64,000 nucleotides of DNA from Eledone cirrhosa (GCA_964016885.1 OZ024744.1:48918001-48982000), one strand, 5' to 3'; positions 1 through 15,991 are shown, counted from the stretch's first letter. The notes: generated by a model from the sequence alone, not told the origin. Numbers and translations: made by a program.

Positions 1-34
1 TTGTGGTTTGTGGTTTCCGTTTTCTTATTGCATG

Positions 35-66
<32 letters not shown>

Positions 67-109
67 CACATATATATATATATACACATATATATATATA
101 TATTACATA

Positions 110-141
<32 letters not shown>

Positions 142-839
142 CATACATATACATATATATACATATATATATATATACATATATATATACATACATATAC
201 ATATATATACATATACATATATATATACATACATATACATATACATATATATACATATACATATATATAAACATATACATATATATACATATACATATAT
301 ATAAACATATACATATATATACATATACATATATATATATATATATACATATATACATACATATATACATACATGGCGTTGAATTTGTTTTGCAAACAGT
401 CAGTGTTTTATTATATATTTCTGACAAAATAACTATATATATATATATGTGTGTATGTGTGTGTGTATATATATATATATGTATATATATGTATATATAT
501 GTATCTCGTCCTCCTCACCTCACTCTCAAGTGTGAACCTCACACCAACACTGTTCGTACTGCACACTTTGTTATTGTTTTTGTTTTATATATGTATATAT
601 ATATATATATATATCTATAATATGTATACATATGTGTGTATAATAACTATATATATATATATAGTTATTATACACACATATGTATACATATTATACAGAT
701 ATATATATATATATGTTTCCGGGTTGAATCGGAGGTAACCACAGTAAGTAAGGTACTCAATACATAGCAGAGTATAAAAGCTTTAATATAGATGAGATTC
801 TACAGGACTAGAACTGTTTCATTCTTTAGAAATCATCAA

Positions 840-1044
840 TGCATGGTGTGGATGTTGCTATCCAGGATCCCGGATGAGCCCACAGCAAGACACGAGGGAA
901 ACCTAAGGGGAGCAGCAACGAATTCCCTCTTACACCAATGGCCAACCAATACAGGCTGGAGATGAAATATGTAACAACAAGGGCTGTGCCCCAGCATGGC
1001 CTCAGCCGGATGGCTGAAACAGGTAAAAGAGTAAAGGAGTGAAT
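840..1044 (+). mobile_element. Second copy of the CR1-like 3' end, inverted relative to 1203-1407
   Basis: Reverse complement of 1203-1407 with scattered substitutions. A third copy is at about 4188-4372 (+). Confidence 0.75.
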
Positions 1045-1202
1045 GCATATATATATATTTGTTCCACACTGCAAATTTAGTTATGTTAGGAAGGGCACCC
1101 AGTTGTAAAATAACCACCCAAATTTACAGTCCTCGCTGGAGCAAGGCGCCACACAAGACCATCTCTGGCCAGACTTGCCTGATGATATCTCTATATATAT
1201 AT

Positions 1203-1537
1203 ATTCACTCTTTTACTCTTTTACCTGTTCCAGCCATCCGGCTGAGGCCATGCTGGGGCACCACCCTTGTTGCTACATATTTCATCTCCAGCCTGTATTG
1301 GTTGGCCACTGGTGTAAGAGGGAGTTTGTTGCTGCGGCTCTTAGGTTTCCCTCGTGCCTTGCTGTGGGCTCATCCGGGATCCTGGATAGCAACATCCACA
1401 CCATGCAGATCTCTCAGATCCCTCGGCCGCTTGTTGAAGAGTTGAGGGGCCTTGACCCCCAGGCTATTGCAATATCTGGTCCTTATTCTAGATGCGGAAG
1501 ACGGGACCTTTGGCACCACACAGTGACGTCCTGTTCG
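1203..1537 (-). mobile_element. 3' end of a CR1-like LINE
   Basis: Minus strand reads RTGRHCVVPKV...RIRTRYCNSLGVKAPQLFNKRPRDLRDLHGVDV / RIPDEPTARHEGNLRAAATNSLLHQ and ends in a (GAGTAAAA)n-like tail. Confidence 0.75.
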
Positions 1538-1906
1538 ATATATATATATATATATATATTAAAATACAGATAAAAGTTTAAGCAAAGAATCGCTGCTTTC
1601 ACCCTTAACGGGATCTGTTATTTTAATAAATATTTGCTCTAGGGTTCTTATATATTTGATATATATTTATTCTTATCGAGCCCTCTTTGGATTTTAGTGT
1701 TCAAATTTATTATTAAACCGGTAATAGACAATTATTAAATATTTAAATAAATAAATGCCATTGTTAATTAATAAATAAATCAACTAATACCTTAACACTT
1801 CACACAAAGTAAAACATTTCGTTTTAATCATTTTCTAACCCAGAAAAAAAGAGAGAAAGATATAAAAAGGGGAAAAAATTTTTTTTCTTTCTAATAATCT
1901 TCTTGT

Positions 1907-1942
<36 letters not shown>

Positions 1943-2138
1943 TAAAATAACAGATTAAAGTTTAAGCAAAGAATCGCTGCTTTCACCCTTTTAACGGGAT
2001 CTTCTGAAAGCAGCGATTCTTTGCTTAAACTTTAATCTGTTATTTTAATAAATATTTGCTCTACGGTTCTTATATATTTGATTTATATTTATCCTTATCG
2101 AGCCCTCTTTGGATTTTAGTCTTCAAATTTATTATTAT

Positions 2139-2176
<38 letters not shown>

Positions 2177-2407
2177 CTATAACATATATATATATATAAT
2201 ATTCCTTTCATATACTGTACCGGTTGTGTTGTTATCCTTGTTTACCTTTTATATATATATATATATGAAAATAGTCAAGATGCCGACGGCAGAGCCCAAG
2301 CTGTTTCGACGACTATTTCTGGACTAAATTAAATTTTTAGCGTGGTGCTGACATAGCCGAACTAAGTATCGAGTACTCTGTTGCGTTATGGTCCAACTGG
2401 TTCCTTA

Positions 2408-2464
<57 letters not shown>

Positions 2465-2471
2465 CATATAA

Positions 2472-2511
<40 letters not shown>

Positions 2512-2525
2512 ATATAAATATACAT

Positions 2526-2559
<34 letters not shown>

Positions 2560-2639
2560 ATATACGCATATACATATACATATATACACATATATATATA
2601 CATATACATATACATATACATACATATATATATATATAC

Positions 2640-3005
2640 ACATGCCGGTCACTATCAAGTGTTACTGGTAACATGTAACCCAGTACAATCTGTCGCATGG
2701 TCGGGTCGTTGGCCATCCAAAAGGGTGTAAATATGTATATACATGGGTGCGCGGGGTCACCCGATCGCGCGGTTAAACCACTGGGAGTGAAGACCCCTAG
2801 CCTTTGTCAGGGCATTCTTGTAGGAGAAGGTAACTCAGGAAACTGGGTTAATTCCGATATAAAACCTGCGGCCCAGTAGTTACCGATGATGTTGATCTTT
2901 TCTTCTTTTCGGGTAATAGCTACTGTCGCTCAGAGAGTGGGATTGGCTCAGTGCACAGTCTTTCGTCACTTTAAAAAATATCTTCACGCACAGGCATCGC
3001 ACGAT
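2640..3005 (+). repeat. Dispersed GC-richer repeat resembling a retroelement 5' UTR
   Basis: Diverged second copy at about 10035-10245 (CCCGAGCGCGTGGTTAAATCACCGGG...TTGATCTGTTCTTCTTT). Confidence 0.5.
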
Positions 3006-5709
3006 AGAATTAATTAATAATTATTAATAATGGTGAATCGTGCAATGGCCATACTCGACAACAAGGGGGCAGCCATCATATATATATATATATTGTTTTA
3101 TTTAATCAGGAAGGTAACTATCTATGGTTTGAAATACATACGTATTCATTGGTAGATATATTTGGACTGCGTTTTTCTTAATCTCCTATATGGGGACCCA
3201 CTATTTTCCGTAAAATATTTTTTAGATATTTGTAAAACTGATATATTTGCATTTACGATACCTCAAAATCTATTATCTGGTAATTGGAATGCAAGTTTCC
3301 TAATTAAATTCATAATTTTCTAACACAATTTCAAACAAAAACCATATGTTAAGTAGCTAAAATAAAAATAATTTTAGTAACACCTTCAGAATTCTTCATT
3401 GATTAATAGAGATGCAGTGTGTTTCTGTTTGAATTAAAATCTTTCATATGAGAACCATACGTTGGTAATCATATACTAGCTTACCTATTTAGCTTATTTA
3501 ATCATCATTTTTTTTTAATAGGAAACGCAATTTTTTTCATCACCTTATCGAAGTATAGGGTTCCAATTTAAAATAAATATCTTTCACAATATATAAGAAT
3601 CATATATCCATTTACTACCAAGGTAGATTATAGTTTTACCAAATACCTCACAAAATTTTCTTAATTAATTTAAAATAAGTGTGTTTCATTAGAAATCGGC
3701 CACAAAAAGATTAATTAAGATGATTATGCAAATAAATTCATATGAATTTACCCCTATAAATGTCACTATTTCTCACACTAAAAATGGTGGTGGTGTTAAT
3801 GTATTAACGTTATATTTTAGTGCCTTTTCGCAGCCTCTTTTGCTATTCCAATCCCTATTTTCGGGTTCTATAGGGGTCTGCGAATCCCTACATTGTGTAT
3901 AGGGGTTGCATTGACAATTGAAATAAAGGTTCTTTTAAAGTAATTAACAAAACCGTTACCAACTCACGTCATATATTTAGTTGAGTTATAAAAGAAGTTT
4001 ATTTCATTAGAAATACGGTAATGAAAGGGTTTGGATTTTCCATATAGCTATACACACACACACACACATATATATATATACATATATACACACACACACA
4101 CACAAATACATTCATATATATATGTGTGTGTGTGCATATATATGTACCTATATATATACACACACAAATGCATTCATATATATATATGCTATCCAGGATC
4201 CCGGATGAGCCCACAGCAAGGCACGAGGGAAACCTAAGGGGAGCAGCAACAAACTCCCTCTTACACCAGTGGCCAACCAATACAGGCTGGAGATGAAATA
4301 TGTAACAACAAGGGCGGTGCCCCAGCATGGCCTCAGCCGGATGGCTGGAACAGGTGAAAGAGTAAAAGAGTAAATATATATTCTGCTTCACAACCGATAG
4401 ACCGTGATGTGATCCGCACATCCCTGTTCTGTTAACCTCTTACTCTCTCCCTCCCTTTCTCTCTCTCTGTATACATGTATACATATGTATATATATATAT
4501 ATATATATGTATATACAAAATATATACATATATATATGCATATATAAATATGTATATATCCATATATAAATATATATATGTATATATATACATATATATA
4601 TATATGTACATAAGACATTCAACTAAAGACATTCCTATATATGTACATATGTACACACACACACATACACACATATATATATATGTATACATACATACAT
4701 AAATTAACACTTTCTTTACCTTATATCTAATAAAAGACTGCCTATAATTTTCAACATTAGTTGAAAATTATCAAGAATTATGTTAGTGTCATAACTAAAC
4801 TTCTCAATACATCGCTAATGTTTGAAATATAGGAATTATGAGTGAAGCATTTTAGATAATTATAAATTCTTTAATCCTTTAATTACCATATTTCTCATGA
4901 AAGTCACTACCTATGGATTTCGAATAGCTTTGAAAATAACAAAGAAGTTGGAAGGATTTAGTAATATAAGTACTTTTTTATATCATGAAGGTTGTATTTG
5001 AAACATTACTTAACAAATGTTCTTAAATAAAATTATGATGCAATGTGTTTTGATAAATATAGACACTTTATTATAAACAGTTTTATATCATAATTAGCTA
5101 ACTCCTCACACTCTCTACAAACTAAATTGTTACATAAAATTATTAAAGTGGAAAGTCTTTTTTAGAAAAATGCATTAAAACCTTCACAACAAACATCTTA
5201 GCATATAATAGAACCATAGAACCAAGGGCAGTTTCAGGCGGAGTTGGTATGAAAAGGGGTTAATTTGAAATATTTAGGGCAACTTACTGGAGTTAAGAGG
5301 CTCTCAGCGGGAGTTCTGTTATGCCTGAATAAATACTCACATTTTAATCCCCGTCATATAAGCCTACTCCAGATTTTGGGAGCGATCGTTTACAGGCTTA
5401 AAAGTCATTTTCTGAACCCTTTTGATAAAAAACACCCTCCTTCTACAATACAAAATTGTTTGTTTTAGGGTGTTTATATTTATCTAAAAACATTCCATCA
5501 TAATTTTATGTAAGAACGTTTGTTAAGTTGCGTTCCAAACAACAGCTTCATAATATGAGTTATTTATTTAAACTGATATTGCTAAATCCCTTCATATTCA
5601 AGTAAATCGCTGTGGATGTATTGCAAATTATATAACATATAGATAGTGTGTATGGTGTATAATTCATGCAATATTTGTGTGTATGTGTGTGTATGTGTGT
5701 ATGTGTGTA

Positions 5710-5774
<65 letters not shown>

Positions 5775-5874
5775 AATTTGCCATTTACCGACGTGCAGTC
5801 GTTAACATTACAAACAACGTATTGTGTGCACTAGAGATATAGATTGGTGCGCTCCCACGTTCAAATCCTGTGTG

Positions 5875-5923
<49 letters not shown>

Positions 5924-5937
5924 CACATATACATATA

Positions 5938-6005
<68 letters not shown>

Positions 6006-6029
6006 CATATATATGTATGTATATATATG

Positions 6030-6110
<81 letters not shown>

Positions 6111-6160
6111 ATATACATATACATATATATACATATATATAAACATATATATATATATAC

Positions 6161-6211
<51 letters not shown>

Positions 6212-6260
6212 CATATGTATATATATATATATATACATATGTATATATATATATACATAC

Positions 6261-6318
<58 letters not shown>

Positions 6319-6323
6319 GTATG

Positions 6324-6356
<33 letters not shown>

Positions 6357-6363
6357 GTATATG

Positions 6364-6394
<31 letters not shown>

Positions 6395-6410
6395 ATATAC
6401 ATATATATAT

Positions 6411-6476
6411 CCAAACCCATGCATGCGTGGAAGATGGACGTTAAACGATGATGATGATGATGATATATATATATAC

Positions 6477-6540
<64 letters not shown>

Positions 6541-6561
6541 GTATATATATATACATATATG

Positions 6562-6608
<47 letters not shown>

Positions 6609-6776
6609 TCATCATCATCATCGTTTAACGTCCATCTTCCACGCTAGCATGGCTCTGGATATATACATATGTACACACGCACACACACACATATATATAT
6701 ATATATACATATATATATACATATGTATATATCCAGACCCATGCTAACGTGGAAGATGGACGTTAAACGATGATGA

Positions 6777-6780
<4 letters not shown>
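6411..6780. repeat. Three alternately oriented copies of a SINE/LINE tail, (CAT)n-CGTTTAACGTCCATCTTCCACG
   Basis: Copies at 6411-6463, 6606-6660 (opposite strand) and 6732-6780. Also at 12472, 20552-20715 and 33292-33367. Confidence 0.75.
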
Positions 6781-6819
<39 letters not shown>

Positions 6820-7135
6820 AATACATATACATATATACCTCCTGAAGATTTCTTACGATTGAAACAATTCTAGGCCCTTATACATATACTGTGTATATTG
6901 TAAAACACTATCTATATTAACAGGCTACTGGATCAACATTAAGCTACTAATCACATTCAAAATATGCCAGTGTCCCAGCAGCATGGCAGCATCATAATTG
7001 TTTCTACTTTAGGCACAAGGCCAGCAATTACCCAGTGCATTACTGGTACTTTATTTTATCGACCCCGTAAGGATGAAAGGCAAAGTCAACCAATGACTGA
7101 AAAGTAGAATGATTATACACACACACACATGTATG

Positions 7136-7252
<117 letters not shown>

Positions 7253-7291
7253 TATACATATATACACATACACACATATATATATACATTC

Positions 7292-7326
<35 letters not shown>

Positions 7327-7720
7327 TATATACATATATATACACATATATATATACATATATATATACACATATATATACATATATATATATACACATA
7401 CACATATATATACATACACATATATATATATATACATATATATATATACACATACACACATATATATATACATATATATACATATATATATATACACACA
7501 TATATATATACATATATATATATACACATACACACACACACACACATATATATATATAAATATATATAATCATTATATATATATATATATATGCCACAAA
7601 TTTATACACACATATATAAGCGTTAAACTAATATATTCCTTCCATATACTGCACCGTTTATTTTGTTATTCCTGTTTAACTTTCTATATATGTCTATGTA
7701 TGTGTATGTGTGTGTATGTG

Positions 7721-7755
<35 letters not shown>

Positions 7756-8092
7756 ATGAAAGGTGGGTGAATGTAACAAAACTGGCCCGAGTGATTGGGC
7801 CTTCTCTGTATATAAACCTGTAGGTTGAAGAAGAGAGCAGAAGGAAGAAAGGAGCACTTGCACAACATGCTCCTGGGGAGTTGGGGGTTGTTCTATCGAC
7901 GGGGTATTAAACAACCCATTTGTATCCCCCCTATTGGGGATTTCGATTGTTGAATTTGTTTGTTCTAAAAATATTTTTTACACGATTGTATTTAAAATCC
8001 CCGGCATATGTCTTTGTATTGTCCCCTTTTCCTGTGCGCCCTTGAGGCAAATAAAGAAATATATATGTGTATGTGTATATATATATGTCTGG

Positions 8093-8130
<38 letters not shown>

Positions 8131-8422
8131 CAGGATGGAACGAACCAGTTTAAAAACTAGTTAGACCATTACTTAACAGAGTATGCTATACTTGTAGAGT
8201 GTGGCTGTGGAATCGGCAAGAACTCGAGTCTGCAGTGCTGAGACACGGGAGAACACAAATAATTATATATATATTATATACGCATATATATATCGTTTCT
8301 GAATTTGTTTAGCAAGATTCTTTATCTGAAAACGTGTGTTGAAACCGATATTGTTATACTTTGGGAGGGTCATGTTGCCAATAAGAAACACACGCACCAG
8401 TTGCTTTCACTTCAATAGGTCA

Positions 8423-8528
<106 letters not shown>

Positions 8529-8786
8529 ATATACTCCCGTATAAATGTATAAATATATATACACACCCATAGAATAATTGATGTGTGTGTCTTCATATAA
8601 TCAAAATTGTAAGAAAGCCAAGCTTAAGAAATTATTATTTATCCATACATCTCTCTACGAACGTCTCAACGCGGCTAGAATATCACATCCATTTGCAGAA
8701 CAACTGGAGATTTATTAGTTATCAATTATTAATTAACAGTTATCTCCTATATAGGTGCTATCTCAACGCACACACCCTCACCAACA

Positions 8787-8830
<44 letters not shown>

Positions 8831-9330
8831 TACATACATACACACAGAGAGATAGAATAGAAAATACTACTACAGGAATAGAACTATTTCATTTGTAAGT
8901 TTCAATGAGGAAAGAATAGGTTTGAAATTTCATACGAAGGAAACAGTTCTAGTCATGTAGAAGTCATTTCTCTATGAAATACATATGTATCATCTCTACT
9001 AACGTATTGAGTAGATTAAATAGGTATGGTTTTTCTCATTTCCTCTCTGGAAATTATGCATGCATGCAAATATACATACATACATACATACATACATACA
9101 TACATACATACATACATACATACATACATACATACATACATACATACATACATACATTCCAAAAATTTTGCATCTAATAACTGCATATACACATGTACAG
9201 ATACAAAGCATATACACACATACAACTCAAAACATACACATCCACACATACAATAACATCCATCCATCTATACATACATACATACATACATACATACATA
9301 CATACATACATACATACATACATACATACA

Positions 9331-9362
<32 letters not shown>

Positions 9363-9600
9363 CACACATATATATATAAATATATATAAATATATATATA
9401 AACTGCAAACTTGACTGTCACCACAGAATATGTACCTGAAGATTGCGAAAGCATGAAAGTACTTGTTCAATTAACACTTAACATTTCATTCTAATACCAT
9501 TATAATTTTAAAGGATTGTAAATATAACGAGTAAATCAGACAAAGTTGGAATTCCTTTTATTAATATAATCTTCTATACACAATCATACACACCCGTGTA

Positions 9601-9680
<80 letters not shown>

Positions 9681-10725
9681 CATACATACATACATACATA
9701 CACACATATATACATATATATATACATGCATACATATACAATATTTATATATACATCATATGCATTGCATAGAATATTTAAGTATGCATATAATTATATA
9801 TATATATTGTAAAGTTATATCTGTATAAATATAGAATATGTAACCGGGACTGCACCCACGAGTATAAATGTATATCACACATATATGATATGTAGTCATG
9901 TAAACATGACAGAAAATACGAAATTTCCCTCTAAATAGATAAAAATGATATGAACACCTTCAATCCATTTTCGGATCAAATTGGACCCTTATCAGAAGAC
10001 ATGTATATCCTTAAATCAACCACAATGGAAATACTCGGTTCGCTGCCCGAGCGCGTGGTTAAATCACCGGGTGTTAAAGACTCCTAGTTCTTAGGATATC
10101 ATTCTAGGAGTAGAATGTAAAACCTACGACTCAATGTTGTTGATCTGTTCTTCTTTCTGGGCACCCGCCACTATTGTTCAGAGACTGGGAGTTGGGACAG
10201 TGCAGGCACTTTCTTGACTTAAAAATTCTTCAGGTGCAGACATAACTTGATCTAAACGACTTTTACATATGTTGCGTGAGCATGGACTTTATTTTATTTC
10301 ACTGTAGCTGATGCAGAAAGGAATCTAAGTCCTTGACGAGCTAAAAAATTATGTTCCTGCCACCCACGTATGAGAAAATACCAAAAGATGGCAAATTCTC
10401 GAAACTGAGATTCAACCATATCTGTATCAACGTATAAATGTGTGTGTGTGTGTGTGTGCGCGCGTGCGTGTGCGTGTGTATGTATGTATGTGTATGTGTG
10501 TGTGTGTGTGTGTGTGTGCAAGCTGGATAAGTTGAGGTGTCATATGGCGTTTAGTGGCATTTTTTAAAACCTGGAGAGGAGAGATAAAGAAAGTGAGAAG
10601 AGATACAGACGGAGAATAGACCCCCAGTGAACATCTGGTACCTTTTCTTATCGACATCTTGTCTGATGATCTGGTGAGTACACAGGTGAATATCCACAGT
10701 AACAACACTCAACACAACCACATAC

Positions 10726-10759
<34 letters not shown>

Positions 10760-11076
10760 GTGTGTAAAAGGCAAACAGAAATAACAAAGCAAACGACACA
10801 GTACAATGAAGAAATATATTATTAGTTTTAGTAGGAAAAAAAAGTCTTAAGGTTTTGGATGCCAGTCCTTCATCACAAGAATGGATGAGAAATTAAAGAA
10901 GAAATAGAGAGATTGAGGAGACGGGCAGGGCGTTAACGGAAAAAAATTGTTTAGCGAAAAATAACAGGTTGATTCATATTGGAAGAACAGATTCATTCAT
11001 CTCTTGGAATAAATATATATATACATATATATATAATATATATATATTTTATATATACATACATATACATATAAAC

Positions 11077-11138
<62 letters not shown>

Positions 11139-11361
11139 GGGGTGTAACTTGGAGTTACTGATGGTTTACCCGGGAGAGCACTCGATGTTTAAGTTCACTT
11201 CTGTGATGAGGTGTAGAGCTATACAGAGTGTAATATATTGAAAGGATAACAAGGATGATTGGTTACTCCTTCATTACATTTATTGGTGGGTGACGCGCGT
11301 TTCGCCACTGACTCAATGATCGGCAGCTCGACGGACCCTTTAAAATGCTATAAGAAATATG

Positions 11362-11390
<29 letters not shown>

Positions 11391-11393
<3 letters not shown>

Positions 11394-11650
11394 GATATTA
11401 ACAATTGGAAACTATATTTATAAAACCATATTTATTTCATTATACATATTTCAAGGAAGTTAAATTATCTGATGAAAGCACACCATAATTTAACTTGGTG
11501 TCCTTGAAATATGTATAATGAAATAAATATGGTTTTATAAATATAGTTTCCAATTGTTAATATCGTATTTTTACTCCAAATACTTGTTGAGTGCTTTATA
11601 ACAGTTATAAAAATATTTGCTTGTTGTATCCCAACAATTTAAATAGAACT
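11391..11650 (+). mobile_element. Family G HHR-bearing unit with a fold-back of about 66-bp arms
   Basis: Arms at 11391-11457 and 11501-11567. CTGATGA-AAGCACACCA...TGGTGTCCTT-GAA-ATATGTAT-A-ATGAAATA at 11469-11525. Other copies at about 14113-14370 and 30595-30870. Confidence 0.75.
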
Positions 11651-11653
11651 TTT

Positions 11654-11703
<50 letters not shown>

Positions 11704-12297
11704 TTCCTGAAACCCAAACTATCTTTCCCATACGAAATGTTGAGAGAAAGACTGTGTGAAAACAGATAGATATCACCACAGTAACTAACTACACAGCAAC
11801 TGACGCTTTCCTGCCAAGACTCCAAGTTTGTCGCCAACCGTTGTTGCCTGTTCGGAAAATGTTTTCGTGATGATGAGGCTTTCGTGAACCATGATTCCAC
11901 TGTATGTTTATATATATGCAAATATACACACATACATACATGCTATATATATATTTATGCATATACATACATCTAATGTATCTATCTATCAATCTCACTC
12001 TCCATAATAATAATAATGGTTTCTGATTTAGGCACAATATATATATATATATATAATAAATATGTTGCATATGTATTTATATTCAAACACAGACACATAC
12101 ACATGTATGCTGAGCAATACATACACAAATTTTATACAGTATGGCTTAATATAAAATCATATAAAGCTATATACATAACCGTTTGTACGTATATATGCAA
12201 GCATGCATAGGTGCATGTTATGTATGTTGCGTGTTCGCACCGATTAACAAAGGCGTAAAAATGTACACGCATAAATATTATATATATAGTTTATATA

Positions 12298-12370
12298 GCC
12301 GAAATAGTTCAGTTGGGAGAGCGTTAGACTAAAGATATAAAAGTCCCATGTTCAGACTCGGTTTACGGCC
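12298..12370 (+). pseudogene. tRNA-Phe(GAA) pseudogene
   Basis: GCCGAAATAGTTCAGTTGGGAGAGCGTTAGACTAAAGATATAAAAGTCCCATGTTCAGACTCGGTTTACGGCC matches the conserved metazoan tRNA-Phe, recalled from memory, at about 60 of 73 nt. The anticodon reads AAA and the T-arm/B box is damaged. Confidence 0.85.
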
Positions 12371-12532
12371 TGTAAGGCGTATCGTTTTGCCAGGTGGTGC
12401 TATTAAGTTAGACATGGCCTGGGCCAATACTGGCCGAAACCTAACAAAGTAATCAAGTTATATGTATATATGGACGGTAAACGATGATGATGATACATAT
12501 ACATATATACACATTTACATACACACACACAC

Positions 12533-12651
<119 letters not shown>

Positions 12652-12969
12652 ATAATAATATTTGTGAAGATTAAAATCCGAAGATTCCGTTAAGGGTGAA
12701 AGCACCGATTCTTTGCTTAAACTTTAATCTGTAATTTTAATATATATATATATATATATAATATATATATATAATATATATATATATATATACATATATG
12801 CATATACAGTATATATTCGAGAATCAACAAGTTCTACGAGCAATCGATTCCAGGGTCGGGCCCGACCACTAACCTTCCCTCAGCTGGTCGACTGCGAAAT
12901 GCGCGTCACGTGTGAATAAAAAATGTATTTTGATGTTTTTAATGTTATATTGATACTTCCATCCTGCTT

Positions 12970-13028
<59 letters not shown>

Positions 13029-13085
13029 GTATGTATGTATGTATGTGTGTGTGTGTGTGTGTGTGTGTATTTATATATATATATG

Positions 13086-13116
<31 letters not shown>

Positions 13117-13340
13117 GTATATATATATATTTATATATATATATACATACATATTCATACACATATATATACAAAGAATGGAAATACGGATGTAAAAATG
13201 ACGAAGATGGTGATATACATATATATATATACAAACATACATATATGCTTGTACATATATATTTGTATATGTGTGTGTGTGTGTGTGTGTGTGCGTGCGT
13301 GCGTGTGTATAATGATTTTAAATGATTAGAAGACGAAATA

Positions 13341-13530
13341 ATTGTTTCTACTATTGGCACAAGGCCAGAAAATAACCCAGTACATTACTGGTACTTTATT
13401 TTATCGACCCCGTAAGGATGAAAGGCAAAGTTAACCTCGGCGGGATTTGAACTCAGAATGGCAAGGGCCGTAATTCTATGCGTCAAAGCATGGCGTCCGA
13501 ACCTCTACCGATACTGCCAATCCACCGCCA
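13341..13530 (-). mobile_element. tRNA-derived SINE
   Basis: A box TGGCAGTATCGG, B box GTTCAAATCC and central GCCTTTCATCCTTACGGGGTCGATAAAATAAAGTACC block. Partial copies at about 6996-7100 and 32935-33025. Confidence 0.85.
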
Positions 13531-13947
13531 TTAGAAGACGAAATAATGAGTATAAAATAGTGAAATGTATGTTTTATTCCAAACACTTTCGGTAGTAAAT
13601 TACTATCAGATTCTTTACATAAATTCCTTTATATAATAATTTATTTGTATGGAACACTGCTATTTCTTTTCATTTTCTGGACCTTGATCCTCTTACTCGC
13701 ATCTACCTTCATATTTTTATCTATCACTTTATCTTCTGATTAAGTACTGACCGCCGAAAACTTGAGACTGTCTTCCTACTATATCAAGAGTTAAACTAAC
13801 ATATATTTTGAATGTATTGCATCTCTTTGCTGTGTTGTTTCTACGTGATCTTCTAGTATCTATGATAAATATATCAACATCTAATATAGTCACACTCTAC
13901 TATCCCAAGTATGAAGTTCTATATCTATATATATATATATGTGTGTG

Positions 13948-14066
<119 letters not shown>

Positions 14067-14077
14067 ATGTATGTATG

Positions 14078-14112
<35 letters not shown>

Positions 14113-14821
14113 AGAAGTTCTATTTAAATTGTTGGGATACAACAAGCAAATATTTTTATAACTGATATAAAGCACTCAACAAATTATTGGAGTAAAAATA
14201 CGATATATTAACAAATGGAAACTATCCGGGAGCTTCCAACAGAAATGGTCGCATTCTTTAAGGGTATTTATAAAACTGATTTATATTATATTTTATCTAA
14301 TGAAAGCACACCATAATTTAACTTGGTGTCCTTGAAATATGTATAATGAAATAAATATAGTTTCCATTTGGCAATACAATATATATATATATATATATAT
14401 TATATAACTAAACTCGATGTTGAAACAGCAAGAGCTCAGACTCTTATATAATTATATATATATATGAGAGTGTATGTGTGTGTCTGTGTTAGTGTGTGTG
14501 TCTGTGTTAGTGTAATAAATTATTATATAGGCATAATGAGTTAAAGTGAAAATATAGAGAAGTTTATGTAAAGAATGTTATAGTAATTTACTACTGAAAG
14601 TGTTTGGAATAAAACATACATTTCAATTCTTTATTCGGGCTTCTAATCATTAGAAATTATTACACATAATTATATACATCCGTATGTGGTTTATGGCTGA
14701 GGGAAAAGAGTATTTAATACCGAAGGAGAGTTTTAATATTAATTCATTAAGGCTCAGTAGTAAGTCTGATGACACTGTGATACGCAGACGATAACCAGAT
14801 TAACAAAACTCACTATTGAGC

Positions 14822-14882
<61 letters not shown>

Positions 14883-15017
14883 AAACGTTTAACACCGACG
14901 GCAGAGCCCAAGCCGTTTTTTGTGGATTAAATTAGAATTTTTAGCATGGTAATAACGCTAAGTATTGAGTACTCTGATGCGTTATGGTCCATCTGGTTCC
15001 TTACCACACTTCCTTCG

Positions 15018-15061
<44 letters not shown>

Positions 15062-15395
15062 GCCTGACATGACACTCTTAATTTAATATATACAAAATTA
15101 AATTAAGAGTGTCATGTCAGGCAGACATGCGCCATATCCAGTTTATATATATAGGATTATATATATAAACTAAAGTTTTAAATAAGACGAAAGCACGAAC
15201 GGGACAATATTTTCCTTCATCAGTTGTTTGCTTGGAATCATAGATATTTCTTATATATATATGTATATGTGTATGCGTGTGTGTGTAGATAGATAATATA
15301 TACATACGCACACCTAACTATATACGTTGCTTTTGGCTACATATGTATATACTTGGTTTTCGTCTAAAAGTTTCCCACCCACACAAAGTATAAAC

Positions 15396-15464
<69 letters not shown>

Positions 15465-15618
15465 TATATACTATTATGATCCACTTATGACAAAGAATGA
15501 AACAGTTCTAGTCCCGTAGAAGTTATTTCTATATAAGATGAAAATGCCTATACTCTATCAACGTATTGGCCCCAAATAACGTTTTGAGTACTCTTTATAA
15601 CTGTTGTCACCACTCGCT

Positions 15619-15651
<33 letters not shown>

Positions 15652-15762
15652 TTATTTATACATATATATATACATATATAAGCACACATGTGTGTGTGTC
15701 TATTATATTATACATACATATATATTATATATTATAAATATATATTATATATATATATACAT

Positions 15763-15810
<48 letters not shown>

Positions 15811-15874
15811 AGTATATATCCTCTGAAATTCAGAAGATCCCGATTCTTTGCTTAGACTTTAATCTGTTATTTTG

Positions 15875-15915
<41 letters not shown>

Positions 15916-15925
15916 TATATATATA

Positions 15926-15991
<66 letters not shown>

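Noticed and set aside
868-910. CGGATGAG...GGGAAAC as a hammerhead
   Set aside because: Stems I and III do not form. The sequence is explained as LINE coding sequence (IPDEPT).
2640-2880. HDV-like or twister ribozyme in the putative retroelement 5' UTR
   Set aside because: I could not build the required pseudoknots by eye. A descriptor search is needed.
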